Shown here one piece after another: positions 18,673-28,231 of a DNA stretch of 64,000 nucleotides. The notes under the pieces are model-generated. The model worked only from the letters and a program-made list of their open reading frames with translations, had not been told where the DNA came from and did no database searches. The translations under genes were made by a program, and so were the position numbers. The stretch covers positions 11,091 through 75,090 of the forward strand of contig JBBSXO010000002.1 of NCBI GenBank assembly GCA_038045705.1. Reading direction: 5' to 3'. The stretch comes from Nanobdellota archaeon (GTDB taxonomy: Archaea > Nanobdellota > Nanobdellia > Pacearchaeales > GW2011-AR1). Positions within the stretch are counted from its first letter, which is position 1, and each line of letters begins with the position of its first letter.

Positions 18673-19788
18673 CTATCTAATTAATTCTTTCAAAATCTTC
18701 AAAAAATAATCTGCATCTTTCTTTGTAATATCAACTGGAAGAGATATACGAATAGAACTTTTTATCTTCAAAGTAGATAAACCAATAGCTTTCAAGACAC
18801 TATCTTCTTTTTCTTTCTTAGAATCACAAGCACTCCCTATAGAAACATAAACTCCTTTATTTGACAAGTCATAAAGTAATTTTTCAGCATTAATCCCAGA
18901 AAAAGTAACAAAGATATTATTTTGGATTCTACATTTTGATGAACCGACAAGTTTAGCTCCAAAATGTCCTAATTTCTCAATTAAATAATCTCTAATTTCA
19001 GAAACAGCTTTCCAATCATTTTTATATGAAATATCAAGAGACTTAGAAAAACCAACAATTCCAGGAACATTTTCAGTACCACTACGAAGACCATTTTCTT
19101 GTCCACCACCATAAATTAAAGGTGTAATTTTAACTCCGTCACGAATATAAAGTAAACCTATTCCTTTAGGTCCTGAAATCTTATGAGCAGAAGCAGAAAG
19201 TAAATCTATATTCCAATCATGCACAAATATCTTCATCTTTCCAAATGTCTGGGCTACATCTGTATGGAATAAAACATTCTTGTTTTTACAAATATCCCCA
19301 ATTTTCTTCAAATTCTGAATAGTTCCAAATACATTATTTCCATGAATAACTGAAACAACTAATGTGTTAGAATCTATATTCCTTTCAATAAAATTCAAAT
19401 CAACAAACCCATCATTATCTACAGGAATTTCAACTATTTTGTATCCAAGATGTTCTAGTCTTAAGCAAACCGCTCTAACAGAAGGATGTTCAATAGAAGA
19501 GATTAATATTTTTTTCCTGTTCGGATAAGATTTCGCAAGTCCAAATAAAGCCCAGTTATTCGATTCTGTTGTTCCAGAAGTAAAGAATATTTCATTTGCT
19601 CTAGCACCAAGATGTCTAGCAATATTTATCCTAGACTCAAGAACAATCTTATTAGAAGAATCACCGAAAGCATGAGAAGAACTAGGATTTCCATAATCTT
19701 CAAGCATAACTTTATTCATTGATTTAACTACTTCCTCATCAACACGAGTAGTTGCGTTATTGTCAAAGCATAGTTTTTTCATACACAA
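18673..19788 (-). CDS. cysteine desulfurase (NifS/IscS-like class V aminotransferase)
   Basis: 371 aa. PLP-lysine motif SASAHKISGPKGIGLLY, catalytic-loop Cys (GSACDS) and a NifS-like N-terminus (DNNATTRV). Confidence 0.88.
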   Translation of the reverse strand: MCMKKLCFDNNATTRVDEEVVKSMNKVMLEDYGNPSSSHAFGDSSNKIVLESRINIARHLGARANEIFFTSGTTESNNWALFGLAKSYPNRKKILISSIEHPSVRAVCLRLEHLGYKIVEIPVDNDGFVDLNFIERNIDSNTLVVSVIHGNNVFGTIQNLKKIGDICKNKNVLFHTDVAQTFGKMKIFVHDWNIDLLSASAHKISGPKGIGLLYIRDGVKITPLIYGGGQENGLRSGTENVPGIVGFSKSLDISYKNDWKAVSEIRDYLIEKLGHFGAKLVGSSKCRIQNNIFVTFSGINAEKLLYDLSNKGVYVSIGSACDSKKEKEDSVLKAIGLSTLKIKSSIRISLPVDITKKDADYFLKILKELIR

Positions 19789-19832
19789 TGAAGCAAGATA
19801 AGACTTTTAACCTTAACCTTCTAAACAAAACA

Positions 19833-20591
19833 ATGAAACTAGTCTCATGGAATGTCAATGGAATTCGTTCAGTATTAGGAAAAGATTTTATCAAAAGCAT
19901 AGAACAAGAAAATCCGGATATTTTATGCATTCAGGAAATAAAAGCACGCCCTGAACAAGTTGACAAGATTTTATCCCAATATCAAGAACATATATGGAAT
20001 CCAGCTGAAAAGAAAGGTTATGCTGGAACAGCAATATTCAGCAAATTAAAGCCTATTTCAGTAACTTTAGGCAAGCAAATTTTAGAAGATACAGAAGGCC
20101 GAGTTATAATAGCAGAATTCTCACATTTCTATTTAGTTAATGTTTACACCCCTAACTCACAAAGAGGTTTATTGAGACTGAAGCACAGGCTCGAGTGGGA
20201 TAAGAAATTTATCCAGCTATTAAAAGATTTAGAAAACCAAAAACCAATAATCTTCTGTGGAGATTTAAATGTAGCCCATGAAGAAATAGATATAGCAAGA
20301 CCAAAAGAAAATGTAAAAAATGCAGGTTTTACTCCAGAGGAAAGAGAAAGCTTCAGTAGTTACATCAAACACGGTTTTATAGATGCATTTAGACATTTTC
20401 ATTTAGAAGAAAAGAACCATTATAGTTGGTGGAGTTACATGCATAATGCAAGGACAAAAAATATAGGATGGAGAATAGATTATTTCTGTATTTCAAACTC
20501 ATTAAAGAACAATTTAGTTTCAGCTCAAATTTTAAAAAACATTTATGGAAGTGATCATTGTCCAGTTTCAATTAAATTGAATTTTAGTTAA
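19833..20591 (+). CDS. xth: exodeoxyribonuclease III (AP endonuclease)
   Basis: MKLVSWNVNGIRS..., CIQEIK, GDLNVAHEEIDI, WWSY, GSDHCPV. Start chosen at the ATG at 19833; the longer ORF from 19752 would overlap the divergent desulfurase gene. Confidence 0.88.
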   Translation: MKLVSWNVNGIRSVLGKDFIKSIEQENPDILCIQEIKARPEQVDKILSQYQEHIWNPAEKKGYAGTAIFSKLKPISVTLGKQILEDTEGRVIIAEFSHFYLVNVYTPNSQRGLLRLKHRLEWDKKFIQLLKDLENQKPIIFCGDLNVAHEEIDIARPKENVKNAGFTPEERESFSSYIKHGFIDAFRHFHLEEKNHYSWWSYMHNARTKNIGWRIDYFCISNSLKNNLVSAQILKNIYGSDHCPVSIKLNFS

Positions 20592-20997
20592 CATCACAAC
20601 CAGAGATTTTAATAAGATCATCCAAATTCTTCAAACCATAATAAGTCTGTTTTCCAATAGTCCATGCAGGAACTCCTCCTTCAGGACAAGATTCAGCATT
20701 TTCACAAACCACAACATTCAAGATTTTAGAAGCATCTCTCCCAAACAGTTCAAGCTGTTTTTCACAGTCTGGACATGTACTTGAAGTGTAAAAAACAGCA
20801 TTCTTAGTACCTAAACAGCTGGCAAGTTTTGTTTTCTCATCATCTCCCAAAACATAACCAGTTGTTCTAGAAAACCAATCACTAAAATAATACAAGCCAA
20901 ACAATACAATAACTAAAACTCCGAAAGTAATCATAGTCTTTCTGTATTGTTCCATAATTACTAAATAGATAGAACCTATAAAAACATTTATAATCAA
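20584..20997 (-). CDS. membrane-anchored thioredoxin/glutaredoxin-fold protein
   Basis: 137 aa with an N-terminal TM helix and a CPDC redox motif (YTSSTCPDCEKQ). Confidence 0.55.
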   Translation of the reverse strand: MIINVFIGSIYLVIMEQYRKTMITFGVLVIVLFGLYYFSDWFSRTTGYVLGDDEKTKLASCLGTKNAVFYTSSTCPDCEKQLELFGRDASKILNVVVCENAESCPEGGVPAWTIGKQTYYGLKNLDDLIKISGCDVN

Positions 20998-21015
20998 GAG
21001 TTTTTACAAAAGAAC

Positions 21016-21564
21016 ATGTTAACTTGGATTTTATTGGTAATTGGAGTAATAGTAGTGATAATGTTCATATATTATTACAATCGCCTGGTCAGTTTAAGTA
21101 ATCAAATTGATAATTCCCTATCACAAATAGATGTTCAATTAAAGAAAAGAGCAGACCTAGTTCCTAACTTACTTGCTTCAGTTAAAGGATATATGAAACA
21201 TGAAAAAGAAGCAATATCAGAGGTAACAAATGCTAGAAAAGCTCTTCTAGGAGCAAAGTCATTTGAAGGAAAAGTAAAAGCAGGAGCACAATTAGAATCT
21301 GCTTTAGGCTCAATATTTGTAATCGCAGAAAATTACCCTCAGTTAAGAGCAAGTGAAAACTTTATACAGCTACAGCAAGAATTGTCAGCAATAGAAGATA
21401 AAATAGCATATGCCCGTCAATTTTACAATGATGGAATACTATCTTATAATAATACATGTACAACATTCCCTGGAAAAATATTCGCATCAATATACAATAG
21501 AAAAGAAAAAACATTCTTGCAAATAACAAAGGAAGAAAAAGCTGTTCCAAAAGTTAGTTTCTAA
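21016..21564 (+). CDS. lemA: LemA family protein
   Basis: N-terminal TM, YNRLV...QLKKRADLVPNL...NYPQLRA..F..LQ.EL...E..I..AR..YN is the LemA signature. Confidence 0.85.
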   Translation: MLTWILLVIGVIVVIMFIYYYNRLVSLSNQIDNSLSQIDVQLKKRADLVPNLLASVKGYMKHEKEAISEVTNARKALLGAKSFEGKVKAGAQLESALGSIFVIAENYPQLRASENFIQLQQELSAIEDKIAYARQFYNDGILSYNNTCTTFPGKIFASIYNRKEKTFLQITKEEKAVPKVSF

Positions 21565-21596
21565 AAATTTAAATAGCCTTTAAATTTATACACATC

Positions 21597-21866
21597 ATGG
21601 TTTCTTACCAAGGTAGACCTGAGTCAGCATATTCTGACAATCTAAAAATATTAGAAGCCAGACGAGTTCAAACAGGAGATCTGAAGCTAGTTCTACGGGA
21701 TAATTCTCTTAGAAAATATGATCATACTGTACCAGCAAAAGAATCTAAAAGTCTCGGAAGTAAACCTGTCAGAGGACTTGAGGGTAGAAATGTTTTAGGA
21801 ATTATTAATCTCAGAGGTCATAGCTTAACATTAAAAGCAGTTTTTTTAGATTATATGATACCTTAA
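21597..21866 (+). CDS. hypothetical protein (weak call)
   Basis: 89 aa ORF with a TATA-like AATTTAAATA about 25 nt upstream. No motif. I also considered a structured RNA here (see rejected list). Confidence 0.25.
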   Translation: MVSYQGRPESAYSDNLKILEARRVQTGDLKLVLRDNSLRKYDHTVPAKESKSLGSKPVRGLEGRNVLGIINLRGHSLTLKAVFLDYMIP

Positions 21867-21914
21867 AATCCAAGAATTCTAAAGATTTAAATATGTCTTA
21901 AACTTAACAGAAAC

Positions 21915-22553
21915 ATGATAAAAAGAGTTTTTGTTTCAAGTATAATAGCCTTACTTATTATGTCAACATTTGTTTTGGCAGCGGGATCATCTTCTGGAAA
22001 TGCTCGAGTAAGTCCAACCACTGCAGATCGAGTAGCAGAATCAACAGTTTCAACATGTGAAGACAAAGAAACGGTAAGAGATAGAATCAAATGCAGGATC
22101 GAAAACCCTCAAGTTGCTAGAGCTGAAGCTTATGATGCAGTTGAAGAGGCATGTAGAGATAGCGATAAAAAAGATGCTTGTGAAAGATTATATAAATCTT
22201 CAGCTTACTGTTATGATCAAACAGATCCAGCTGAAAAGAAAAGATGTTTCTTGAAAGAATCAGGAGTAAACATTAATTCTAAAGGTACATTTAGAGCAGC
22301 TCCAGATGAAACAAAAAGAAATTATGTAGTTTTATTATTCTATGAATTGCAGGAAAGAATCGAAAAAATGCAAGAAGAAGGCAAAATAACTGCGGATCAA
22401 GCAACAAGTCTTATTACAAAAATAGTAGAGATAAAGAAGATGATTATAGCTGGAGAAAAAAGAGAAGATATAGTTGTCAAAATAATAGACTTTAAAAAAG
22501 AATATAGATCCGTTGTTTCAAGCTTCATTCCAGGAGTTGCTAACGACTCATGA
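21915..22553 (+). CDS. secreted hypothetical protein
   Basis: 212 aa with a signal-like N-terminus (VFVSSIIALLIMSTFVLAAG) and several Cys. Confidence 0.5.
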   Translation: MIKRVFVSSIIALLIMSTFVLAAGSSSGNARVSPTTADRVAESTVSTCEDKETVRDRIKCRIENPQVARAEAYDAVEEACRDSDKKDACERLYKSSAYCYDQTDPAEKKRCFLKESGVNINSKGTFRAAPDETKRNYVVLLFYELQERIEKMQEEGKITADQATSLITKIVEIKKMIIAGEKREDIVVKIIDFKKEYRSVVSSFIPGVANDS

Positions 22554-22747
22554 AAATTCTTATTTGGATTATAGTTGCGTTAGTTATAGTTGGTGGATTA
22601 GCTTGGTTTATGTCAGGAGATAAAGAAACAAGCACAAACACCCAACAAAACAGCCTAGAGAATACAGGAATAACAGAATCAAGTAGCATTGGATCAGATG
22701 ATCAAGTATTTACAGAGATAGATAATGCATTATCAGAATTAGAATGA
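22550..22747 (+). CDS. small membrane protein
   Basis: 65 aa with one TM helix. Overlaps the upstream gene by 4 nt. Confidence 0.4.
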   Translation: MKILIWIIVALVIVGGLAWFMSGDKETSTNTQQNSLENTGITESSSIGSDDQVFTEIDNALSELE

Positions 22748-22750
22748 AAT

Positions 22751-23179
22751 TTATTTTTTATCTTTTTTCTTATCACCTTCAATATCCACTAAATTAGAAA
22801 GACTAATAATAGAATAACCAATTAATAAAACATATAATCCACACATCAAATCATGGTCGTCTAAAGTTAAATGTTCATTATTCCAGGTATCATATCTTCT
22901 GACATCATTAGACTCCACTAAAATTTCAAGGTTTTTATTAAATTTATCTATCTTGCTATCTAAATGAACAAGTTTATGATCATTTTCTTGCAAAGATGCT
23001 CTTTGATTCCACAAGCTATCTAAAGAATAAATAGTCTCTTTATACTTATTAACAACCTCAATTTGAGAGTATGGATTTGCACAACTGTTACTGGTTGCAT
23101 TATAAATTCCAGCAATAGGCAAAATAGGCAATGGAATCAGAGCGAGAGAAATGATACGGTCAAGTCTTTTTGAAACCAT
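22751..23179 (-). CDS. membrane hypothetical protein
   Basis: 142 aa with hydrophobic segments at the N- and C-termini. Confidence 0.4.
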   Translation of the reverse strand: MVSKRLDRIISLALIPLPILPIAGIYNATSNSCANPYSQIEVVNKYKETIYSLDSLWNQRASLQENDHKLVHLDSKIDKFNKNLEILVESNDVRRYDTWNNEHLTLDDHDLMCGLYVLLIGYSIISLSNLVDIEGDKKKDKK

Positions 23180-23264
23180 GCAGAAAACGAATAACTATAA
23201 TTTATAATGATTGTTATGCCTCGATTTTCAAAGGCTTTATATAATTTAAAATACACATAATAAA

Positions 23265-24170
23265 ATGAAAGAAAGATTATCATTTCACACAGAAATTCAA
23301 AATAATAATATTAAATCTATTGTATTGATGATTTTTATGATTCTAATCCTTATAGGAATTGGATATATTGTAACACTTTTCTTTGACCCATCTTATTTCT
23401 TCTTCATCATGATTTTATCAATAATTATTTCTTTAAGTTACACAATTTTTAGTTATTACAATTCAGATAAAATAGCGTTAGCTTCAGTAAAAGCAAAACC
23501 AGCTTCATCAATTTATCACAGACAACTACTAGCCTCAGTTGAAAATATGGCCTTAGCTTCAGGTTTACCGATGCCAAGAGTTTATGTGATGAATTCGCCA
23601 CAAATTAATGCCTTCGCTTCTGGAAGAAACCCAAAAAATGCAGTAATTTGCGTAACAACAGGGACATTAGAGAAATTAAGTAAACAAGAATTAGAAGGAG
23701 TAATAGCTCATGAAATGTCTCACATAGCAAACTATGATATAAAATTCATGACATTTACTGCAATAGTAATAGGGATGATTTCGATCATAGCAGAGATATT
23801 CTTGAGAAGTTTATGGTTCTCAGGAGGCAACAATAATAGAGACGGTAAATCTCATGCTTTTCTTATAGTTATGGGTATAGCCCTATCAATAATAGCACCG
23901 ATACTTTCAAATTTAGTTTCACTAGCAATATCTAGGAGAAGAGAATATACAGCAGATGCAACAGGAGTTAAATTAACAAGATATCCAGTAGGTCTTGCAT
24001 CTGCATTAAGAAAAATTAAGAGTGAGCACGTTTCAGAAGAGGATAAGCATAGATTTCCTAAAGCAGTAGCACCACTATTTATTTCAGATCCATACAAGAA
24101 AAAATTTAGAAATCTTTTCTCAAGCCATCCACCTATAGACAATAGAATCGCGAAGTTAGAGAGAATGTAA
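23265..24170 (+). CDS. htpX: HtpX-like M48 zinc metalloprotease
   Basis: Multi-TM protein with the HEMSH zinc motif (GVIAHEMSHIANYD) and an HtpX-like C-terminus (SHPPIDNRI). Confidence 0.88.
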   Translation: MKERLSFHTEIQNNNIKSIVLMIFMILILIGIGYIVTLFFDPSYFFFIMILSIIISLSYTIFSYYNSDKIALASVKAKPASSIYHRQLLASVENMALASGLPMPRVYVMNSPQINAFASGRNPKNAVICVTTGTLEKLSKQELEGVIAHEMSHIANYDIKFMTFTAIVIGMISIIAEIFLRSLWFSGGNNNRDGKSHAFLIVMGIALSIIAPILSNLVSLAISRRREYTADATGVKLTRYPVGLASALRKIKSEHVSEEDKHRFPKAVAPLFISDPYKKKFRNLFSSHPPIDNRIAKLERM

Positions 24171-24322
24171 CCTAAAGTTCTCTTTAATATATAACAAAAA
24201 ATCATAGAAAAGATTATAAACTAAATAATATAAAAGATAAGATGAGTAGACATACAAACAGTATAAAAACAAAAAATACTAATTGGAAATCTACTAAAGT
24301 TAAGTTTTACGGCATTAATTAG

Positions 24323-24697
24323 TTGCCATCTAAATTTCCTTTAAATTCTTATCACAAAATGAGCGACAACATCAACAATTCAAATGAAATTCTTTTAAAG
24401 AATAATCTTAGTAGGCAAAGCTGTGTTCGAGTAGTCAGAAAATCAAATCTACCACTTATACTTAAAGCGGAAGCAGAAAAATTCATAGAAAGAAATATCC
24501 TTCAGGATTGCGGAATGGTTCCACCAAATTGTTTAAAAGCATTTATGTTAAAAACTGCTCAGAAAATGGGTTTGCAAAAAATAGTTCCTTATGTAAAAGA
24601 CTTGTTTAGATCCAAAATAGGTTATGATGGCTATTATTTAGATGGAGGAAAGCTGTTCAGAGTTGATTTGGTTGATAACTCCAGAGACTTTACTTAA
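24323..24697 (+). CDS. hypothetical protein (doubtful)
   Basis: TTG-start ORF whose 3' end overlaps the convergent HAD gene by 60 nt. No motif. Confidence 0.25.
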   Translation: MPSKFPLNSYHKMSDNINNSNEILLKNNLSRQSCVRVVRKSNLPLILKAEAEKFIERNILQDCGMVPPNCLKAFMLKTAQKMGLQKIVPYVKDLFRSKIGYDGYYLDGGKLFRVDLVDNSRDFT

Positions 24698-25330
24698 ATC
24701 AGTAAGTAAATAGTCAGGTCTTTTTTTAATTATATCTTTCCTTGAAGACCATGAACTTTGATTCGAAATAATTATACTATATACTCCAGCACATCTTGCC
24801 ACATCAACGTCAATATCTTTATCACCTATATAGATTATTTCTGACCTGGATAGACCATACTTTTTGCGCAACTTATCAATCATCCAAGATTTATTATGTT
24901 TAAATCTATCCGCTCCATAAACGCCATCAAAGAAGTTTGCTTTCAGAAAATTCAGAGATTTTTCAATAAAGAAAGTAACATTATTAGAAAGAATTATTTT
25001 TCTTATTTTAATATTTTTAACACTCATAAAGTTTTTACAAGGTTTTATTTTATGATATTCTTTAAAAAAGTCATCATGGATTCCAGCGCAAACACTTCTG
25101 ACTAAATCTGTAGGAAGCCCAGTAAGCATCAAATAATGTTCTAAAGGAGTATTCCCAAAAAATCTAATCAAATCTTTAGTCAAAGATATTTCAAAAGAAA
25201 AAAGATGTTTTTTTATTATGCGCAAAAGTAACTCCCTTGTATCTGCAAGTGTACCATCAAAATCAAAGATGACTAACTTTATCCCAGGATCCTCTCTATT
25301 AGAAATTATCCTCCTAAAAAGATATGTCAT
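24638..25330 (-). CDS. HAD-superfamily hydrolase (phosphoglycolate phosphatase-like)
   Basis: Motif I VIFDFDGTLADT, motif II (ILSNN) and motif IV (YIGDKDIDVDVA). Confidence 0.8.
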   Translation of the reverse strand: MTYLFRRIISNREDPGIKLVIFDFDGTLADTRELLLRIIKKHLFSFEISLTKDLIRFFGNTPLEHYLMLTGLPTDLVRSVCAGIHDDFFKEYHKIKPCKNFMSVKNIKIRKIILSNNVTFFIEKSLNFLKANFFDGVYGADRFKHNKSWMIDKLRKKYGLSRSEIIYIGDKDIDVDVARCAGVYSIIISNQSSWSSRKDIIKKRPDYLLTDLSKVSGVINQINSEQLSSI

Positions 25331-27411
25331 TATTTATTCCTATCGGAAAACCTTTTAATAAAATCTTTACTAGAGGAATGATCTATTACTCTAAGTACTT
25401 CCCAAACACCTTGAAAAGGAGATCTTTCAGCTTTAACTGTACTTATTACTTTTCTCCTTATAGAATCTGAAATCAAAAGCTTTGTATTAGATGCATTGGC
25501 AAGTCTTTTCGCATAACTTATTAGATTGCCTGTACTCGTGAAATGAAATTTATTATTTTCAACTTCACTTATTATTTCCCCATCACTAACTCCAATTCCG
25601 AAGTTTATTCCATCATTATTAATGCTACTATGTTCAAGGAATAAAGCTTGTATACGCCTTGCAACACTAATTGCAGAGGATTCATTATCTTGACTTCCAG
25701 TCAATCTAGGAGATAACAAAACTATCTTATATTCACCGTCCACGTAGACTTTAGCTTTAACTTCTTGTGCAAGGGACAATGCTCTATTAAGAGTCTCAGA
25801 AACAGAAGGTGAATTAGCATGTATATATAATGCAATAGCTACAGCTCTCTCTCTAATTCCCTGTCCTTGAGTTCCAAACAAATTGGTAGGACTTACTTTA
25901 GCAACAGGTAAAAATGAATTAACACTTGAAGTTGCTGAAGATGGAACTTTAGGTTTATTAAACCAAGACATATCAAACTTACTCTTATTATCAGAAGAAT
26001 CAAATATATTGCTTCTAGTATTGGGTGTAAACTCGGTCTTGGCAGGCTTCATCTCAACCTTATTTGAAGACATGCTAGAAATTGAGGATCTAGGGTTAAC
26101 TTTCTGCATTCTAAGCCTAACCTGAACAAGTATTATCACCAAAATTAAAAGAATTACTCCTAGCCACCAAATTAAAGGATTAGTAAATGTATAAATAACA
26201 TCTTCTCTGAAATCTGTTACTTTTACCGCATTTCCAGTTAGAAAAGCACTACCAAGTGTCTTAATTTCACCAGCTTTATCTGAAACAGCAATTGAATAAT
26301 CTCCATCAGGTGCTCTCAATGTAAACTTCTGAGTTTCTCCTGGACCAAGCTTAACTTGTTTAACTTCTACAAACGAACCAATAGTTATCTCTAACGGTCC
26401 AGAATAAGGAGCATTTCCAACATTAGTAACTATTAGAGTATTATTTATCAAACTAGTCTGTAAAGTATTTATTTCAGAAAGATAAAATAATTTTCTATTC
26501 AATAAACCATCAACATCTGTTTCAATACTCCAGTAACCAGGACTATCATTAAGAAAGAAACTTATTTTCTGATCTTCTCCAGATTTAACAATCTTCTTAA
26601 TAAATGGAATCCCTTTAGGTTTATTTACGGTTAGACTAACTTCCTTATCTATTAAATCTCCTGCCTGATCAAGCGTATCAATTCTAAAAATAAATTCAGA
26701 CTCGGGTTTTGCAATTTCATCATTCAAATGAATGTTAACTTCTTTCAATATTTGACCAACACTAAAAGTATTATAATAAGAACCAGAATTTATTTTTCTA
26801 GAATTATAATCTGTATTATGCACTTCAACGGTAAAATTATGATCTCCAGATTTTGAATTAGATGGTAAAACGATAGTAATATTAAAAAATCCATCAATAA
26901 CAAGCGCAGATTTATACAGATTTAAAGCAGGAATAAAAAGTTCGGCGAATCCATCAACAGGTACACTACTTCTCTTAATTGCGCTTCCAGAAACATATAA
27001 TGTCTGTCCAGGATTAAGACTCTCAACTTCGAGTTCCGCGTCAACATCTATCAATTTAGAAATCATAAACGAATTGCTGTTCACAACCTCATTTGCAAAA
27101 CTAGCCCTCAAAAAGCAAGAACTTGTCATATTTTCTAGAAGAGGGCTTAAAAGCTCTGTAGTGACAGTCACAGGTATTTCAACATTAGCTTGAGCTTCAA
27201 AAAAGCTATTAAAAACATTAGCAGTAAAATTTGTCCCGCACTTTAAGTCTACAACATAATGGGAACTAGTGGTTACAGATGGAACTATTGTTGTATCAAC
27301 ACTAACTTGATCCCCATAATTATAAATCTGTCTCAAAGGTTCAACAAAAATACTCGACGATACCAAAGGCAACACCAAAACTAGTAGAACTAACATCAAC
27401 CTCACTTTCAT
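25330..27411 (-). CDS. large surface protein with one TM helix and a cytoplasmic degenerate class III cyclase-like domain
   Basis: Signal peptide, an extracellular beta-rich region of about 400 aa, a TM helix (LIWWLGVILLILVIILVQV), a Ser-rich linker, then RAVAIALYIHA...FGIGVSDGEIISEV...FTSTGNLISYAKRLANASNTKLLISDSI. The last part follows the cyclase-homology-domain pattern but lacks the metal-binding Asp residues. Confidence 0.5.
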   Translation of the reverse strand: MKVRLMLVLLVLVLPLVSSSIFVEPLRQIYNYGDQVSVDTTIVPSVTTSSHYVVDLKCGTNFTANVFNSFFEAQANVEIPVTVTTELLSPLLENMTSSCFLRASFANEVVNSNSFMISKLIDVDAELEVESLNPGQTLYVSGSAIKRSSVPVDGFAELFIPALNLYKSALVIDGFFNITIVLPSNSKSGDHNFTVEVHNTDYNSRKINSGSYYNTFSVGQILKEVNIHLNDEIAKPESEFIFRIDTLDQAGDLIDKEVSLTVNKPKGIPFIKKIVKSGEDQKISFFLNDSPGYWSIETDVDGLLNRKLFYLSEINTLQTSLINNTLIVTNVGNAPYSGPLEITIGSFVEVKQVKLGPGETQKFTLRAPDGDYSIAVSDKAGEIKTLGSAFLTGNAVKVTDFREDVIYTFTNPLIWWLGVILLILVIILVQVRLRMQKVNPRSSISSMSSNKVEMKPAKTEFTPNTRSNIFDSSDNKSKFDMSWFNKPKVPSSATSSVNSFLPVAKVSPTNLFGTQGQGIRERAVAIALYIHANSPSVSETLNRALSLAQEVKAKVYVDGEYKIVLLSPRLTGSQDNESSAISVARRIQALFLEHSSINNDGINFGIGVSDGEIISEVENNKFHFTSTGNLISYAKRLANASNTKLLISDSIRRKVISTVKAERSPFQGVWEVLRVIDHSSSKDFIKRFSDRNK

Positions 27412-27467
27412 GTAAATAGCAGTTATGTAAGATATATAAATATTATCAAAAAGCTTTTGACATCAAA

Positions 27468-28124
27468 TTATCTATTTGATGATCTCTGAGTTGCTAAACT
27501 ACAAGCGCATTTTAGTAAGAGATCACGGTTTGATTCAATACGTTTTTTAAGCCCGCCCATTCCATTAATTTCAGCATTTAAATATTCCTCACGATTAGCA
27601 TATTCAATTGCAGCTTCTCTGATTCTTCCTTTATTAAGTAATTCGCGAGTCTTAGGACTATCTGCAAGATCTCCTCTATAAGCCATATCAACAAGAGCTT
27701 TTTTTCCATTCAAAGGGAAATTTTTAAAATCAGGAACAAGTCTTTGAGCAACCTCTAAATGTCTCTTTAAGTCAGCTAAAAACAAAATATTAACTTGTTT
27801 ATCAGTTAAGAAAATTTTTCCGTTTTTTACTGAATCATAATCTACTCCTTCTAAAGCATCTTCAAATGTTTTTTTGGATCTAGGTGCCCCAAGATAATGT
27901 CCTATCCCTATAGTTGGTTCATAAACTGTAGCAGAAGGATTAGCATCATATACCTTATTTCTTCTGCCCTCGAAACTCCCAGTATATTCTGCAAAGATTT
28001 GCATTTCATCAATCAACCTAAGTTCTACATTTGCCAGATCTTTTCTAAATAAATATTTTAATCCAATAAATCCAACAGTAAAACCAGTCAATGCTAACAA
28101 AGATTTTTTTAATGTTTTGTGCAT
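27468..28124 (-). CDS. membrane-anchored GH24 (T4/lambda-type) lysozyme-like protein
   Basis: N-terminal TM helix, then FEGRRNKVYDANP...EPTIGIGHYLG...LTDKQVNILFLADL...KKALVDMAYRG. This follows the GH24 pattern (E-G....Y.D....TIGyGH; it..qa..ll..dl; aL.s..fN.G). Confidence 0.6.
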   Translation of the reverse strand: MHKTLKKSLLALTGFTVGFIGLKYLFRKDLANVELRLIDEMQIFAEYTGSFEGRRNKVYDANPSATVYEPTIGIGHYLGAPRSKKTFEDALEGVDYDSVKNGKIFLTDKQVNILFLADLKRHLEVAQRLVPDFKNFPLNGKKALVDMAYRGDLADSPKTRELLNKGRIREAAIEYANREEYLNAEINGMGGLKKRIESNRDLLLKCACSLATQRSSNR

Positions 28125-28201
28125 AAAAATAAAACTTTAATCTCTTTTTAAAGTTTACTATTTAATGTCATAAATTAGTAGTAACGATAATAAAGAGCAT
28201 A

Positions 28202-28210
28202 TTTTAAATA
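28202..28210 (+). promoter_or_regulatory. TATA-box-like element upstream of thrS (leaderless spacing)
   Basis: TTTTAAATA is centred about 26 nt upstream of the thrS ATG at 28232, matching the archaeal TATA-to-start distance for leaderless mRNAs. Confidence 0.5.
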
Positions 28211-28231
28211 TTATCTAATTGTATATCAAAT

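Noticed and set aside
20389-20571. Minus-strand 60-aa ORF inside xth, with similar shadow ORFs at 21362-21550, 23852-24205, 24896-25105, 25883-26125, 32742-32966, 33927-34199, 42563-42766, 42870-43118, 44023-44208, 45655-45840, 46163-46541, 48788-48988, 49999-50346, 51522-51719 and 62650-62847
   Set aside because: Each is antisense to, or out of frame within, a longer ORF that carries recognisable motifs or better coding character.
21597-21866. Possible structured RNA (SRP-RNA-like CGGAAG tetraloop; long-range pairing GACCTGAG with CTCAGagGTC)
   Set aside because: The stem around the GGAA loop does not pair as in SRP helix 8, and I could verify no other conserved SRP or RNase P motif. The region also has an intact 89-codon ORF with a correctly spaced TATA-like box. 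I kept it as a low-confidence CDS.
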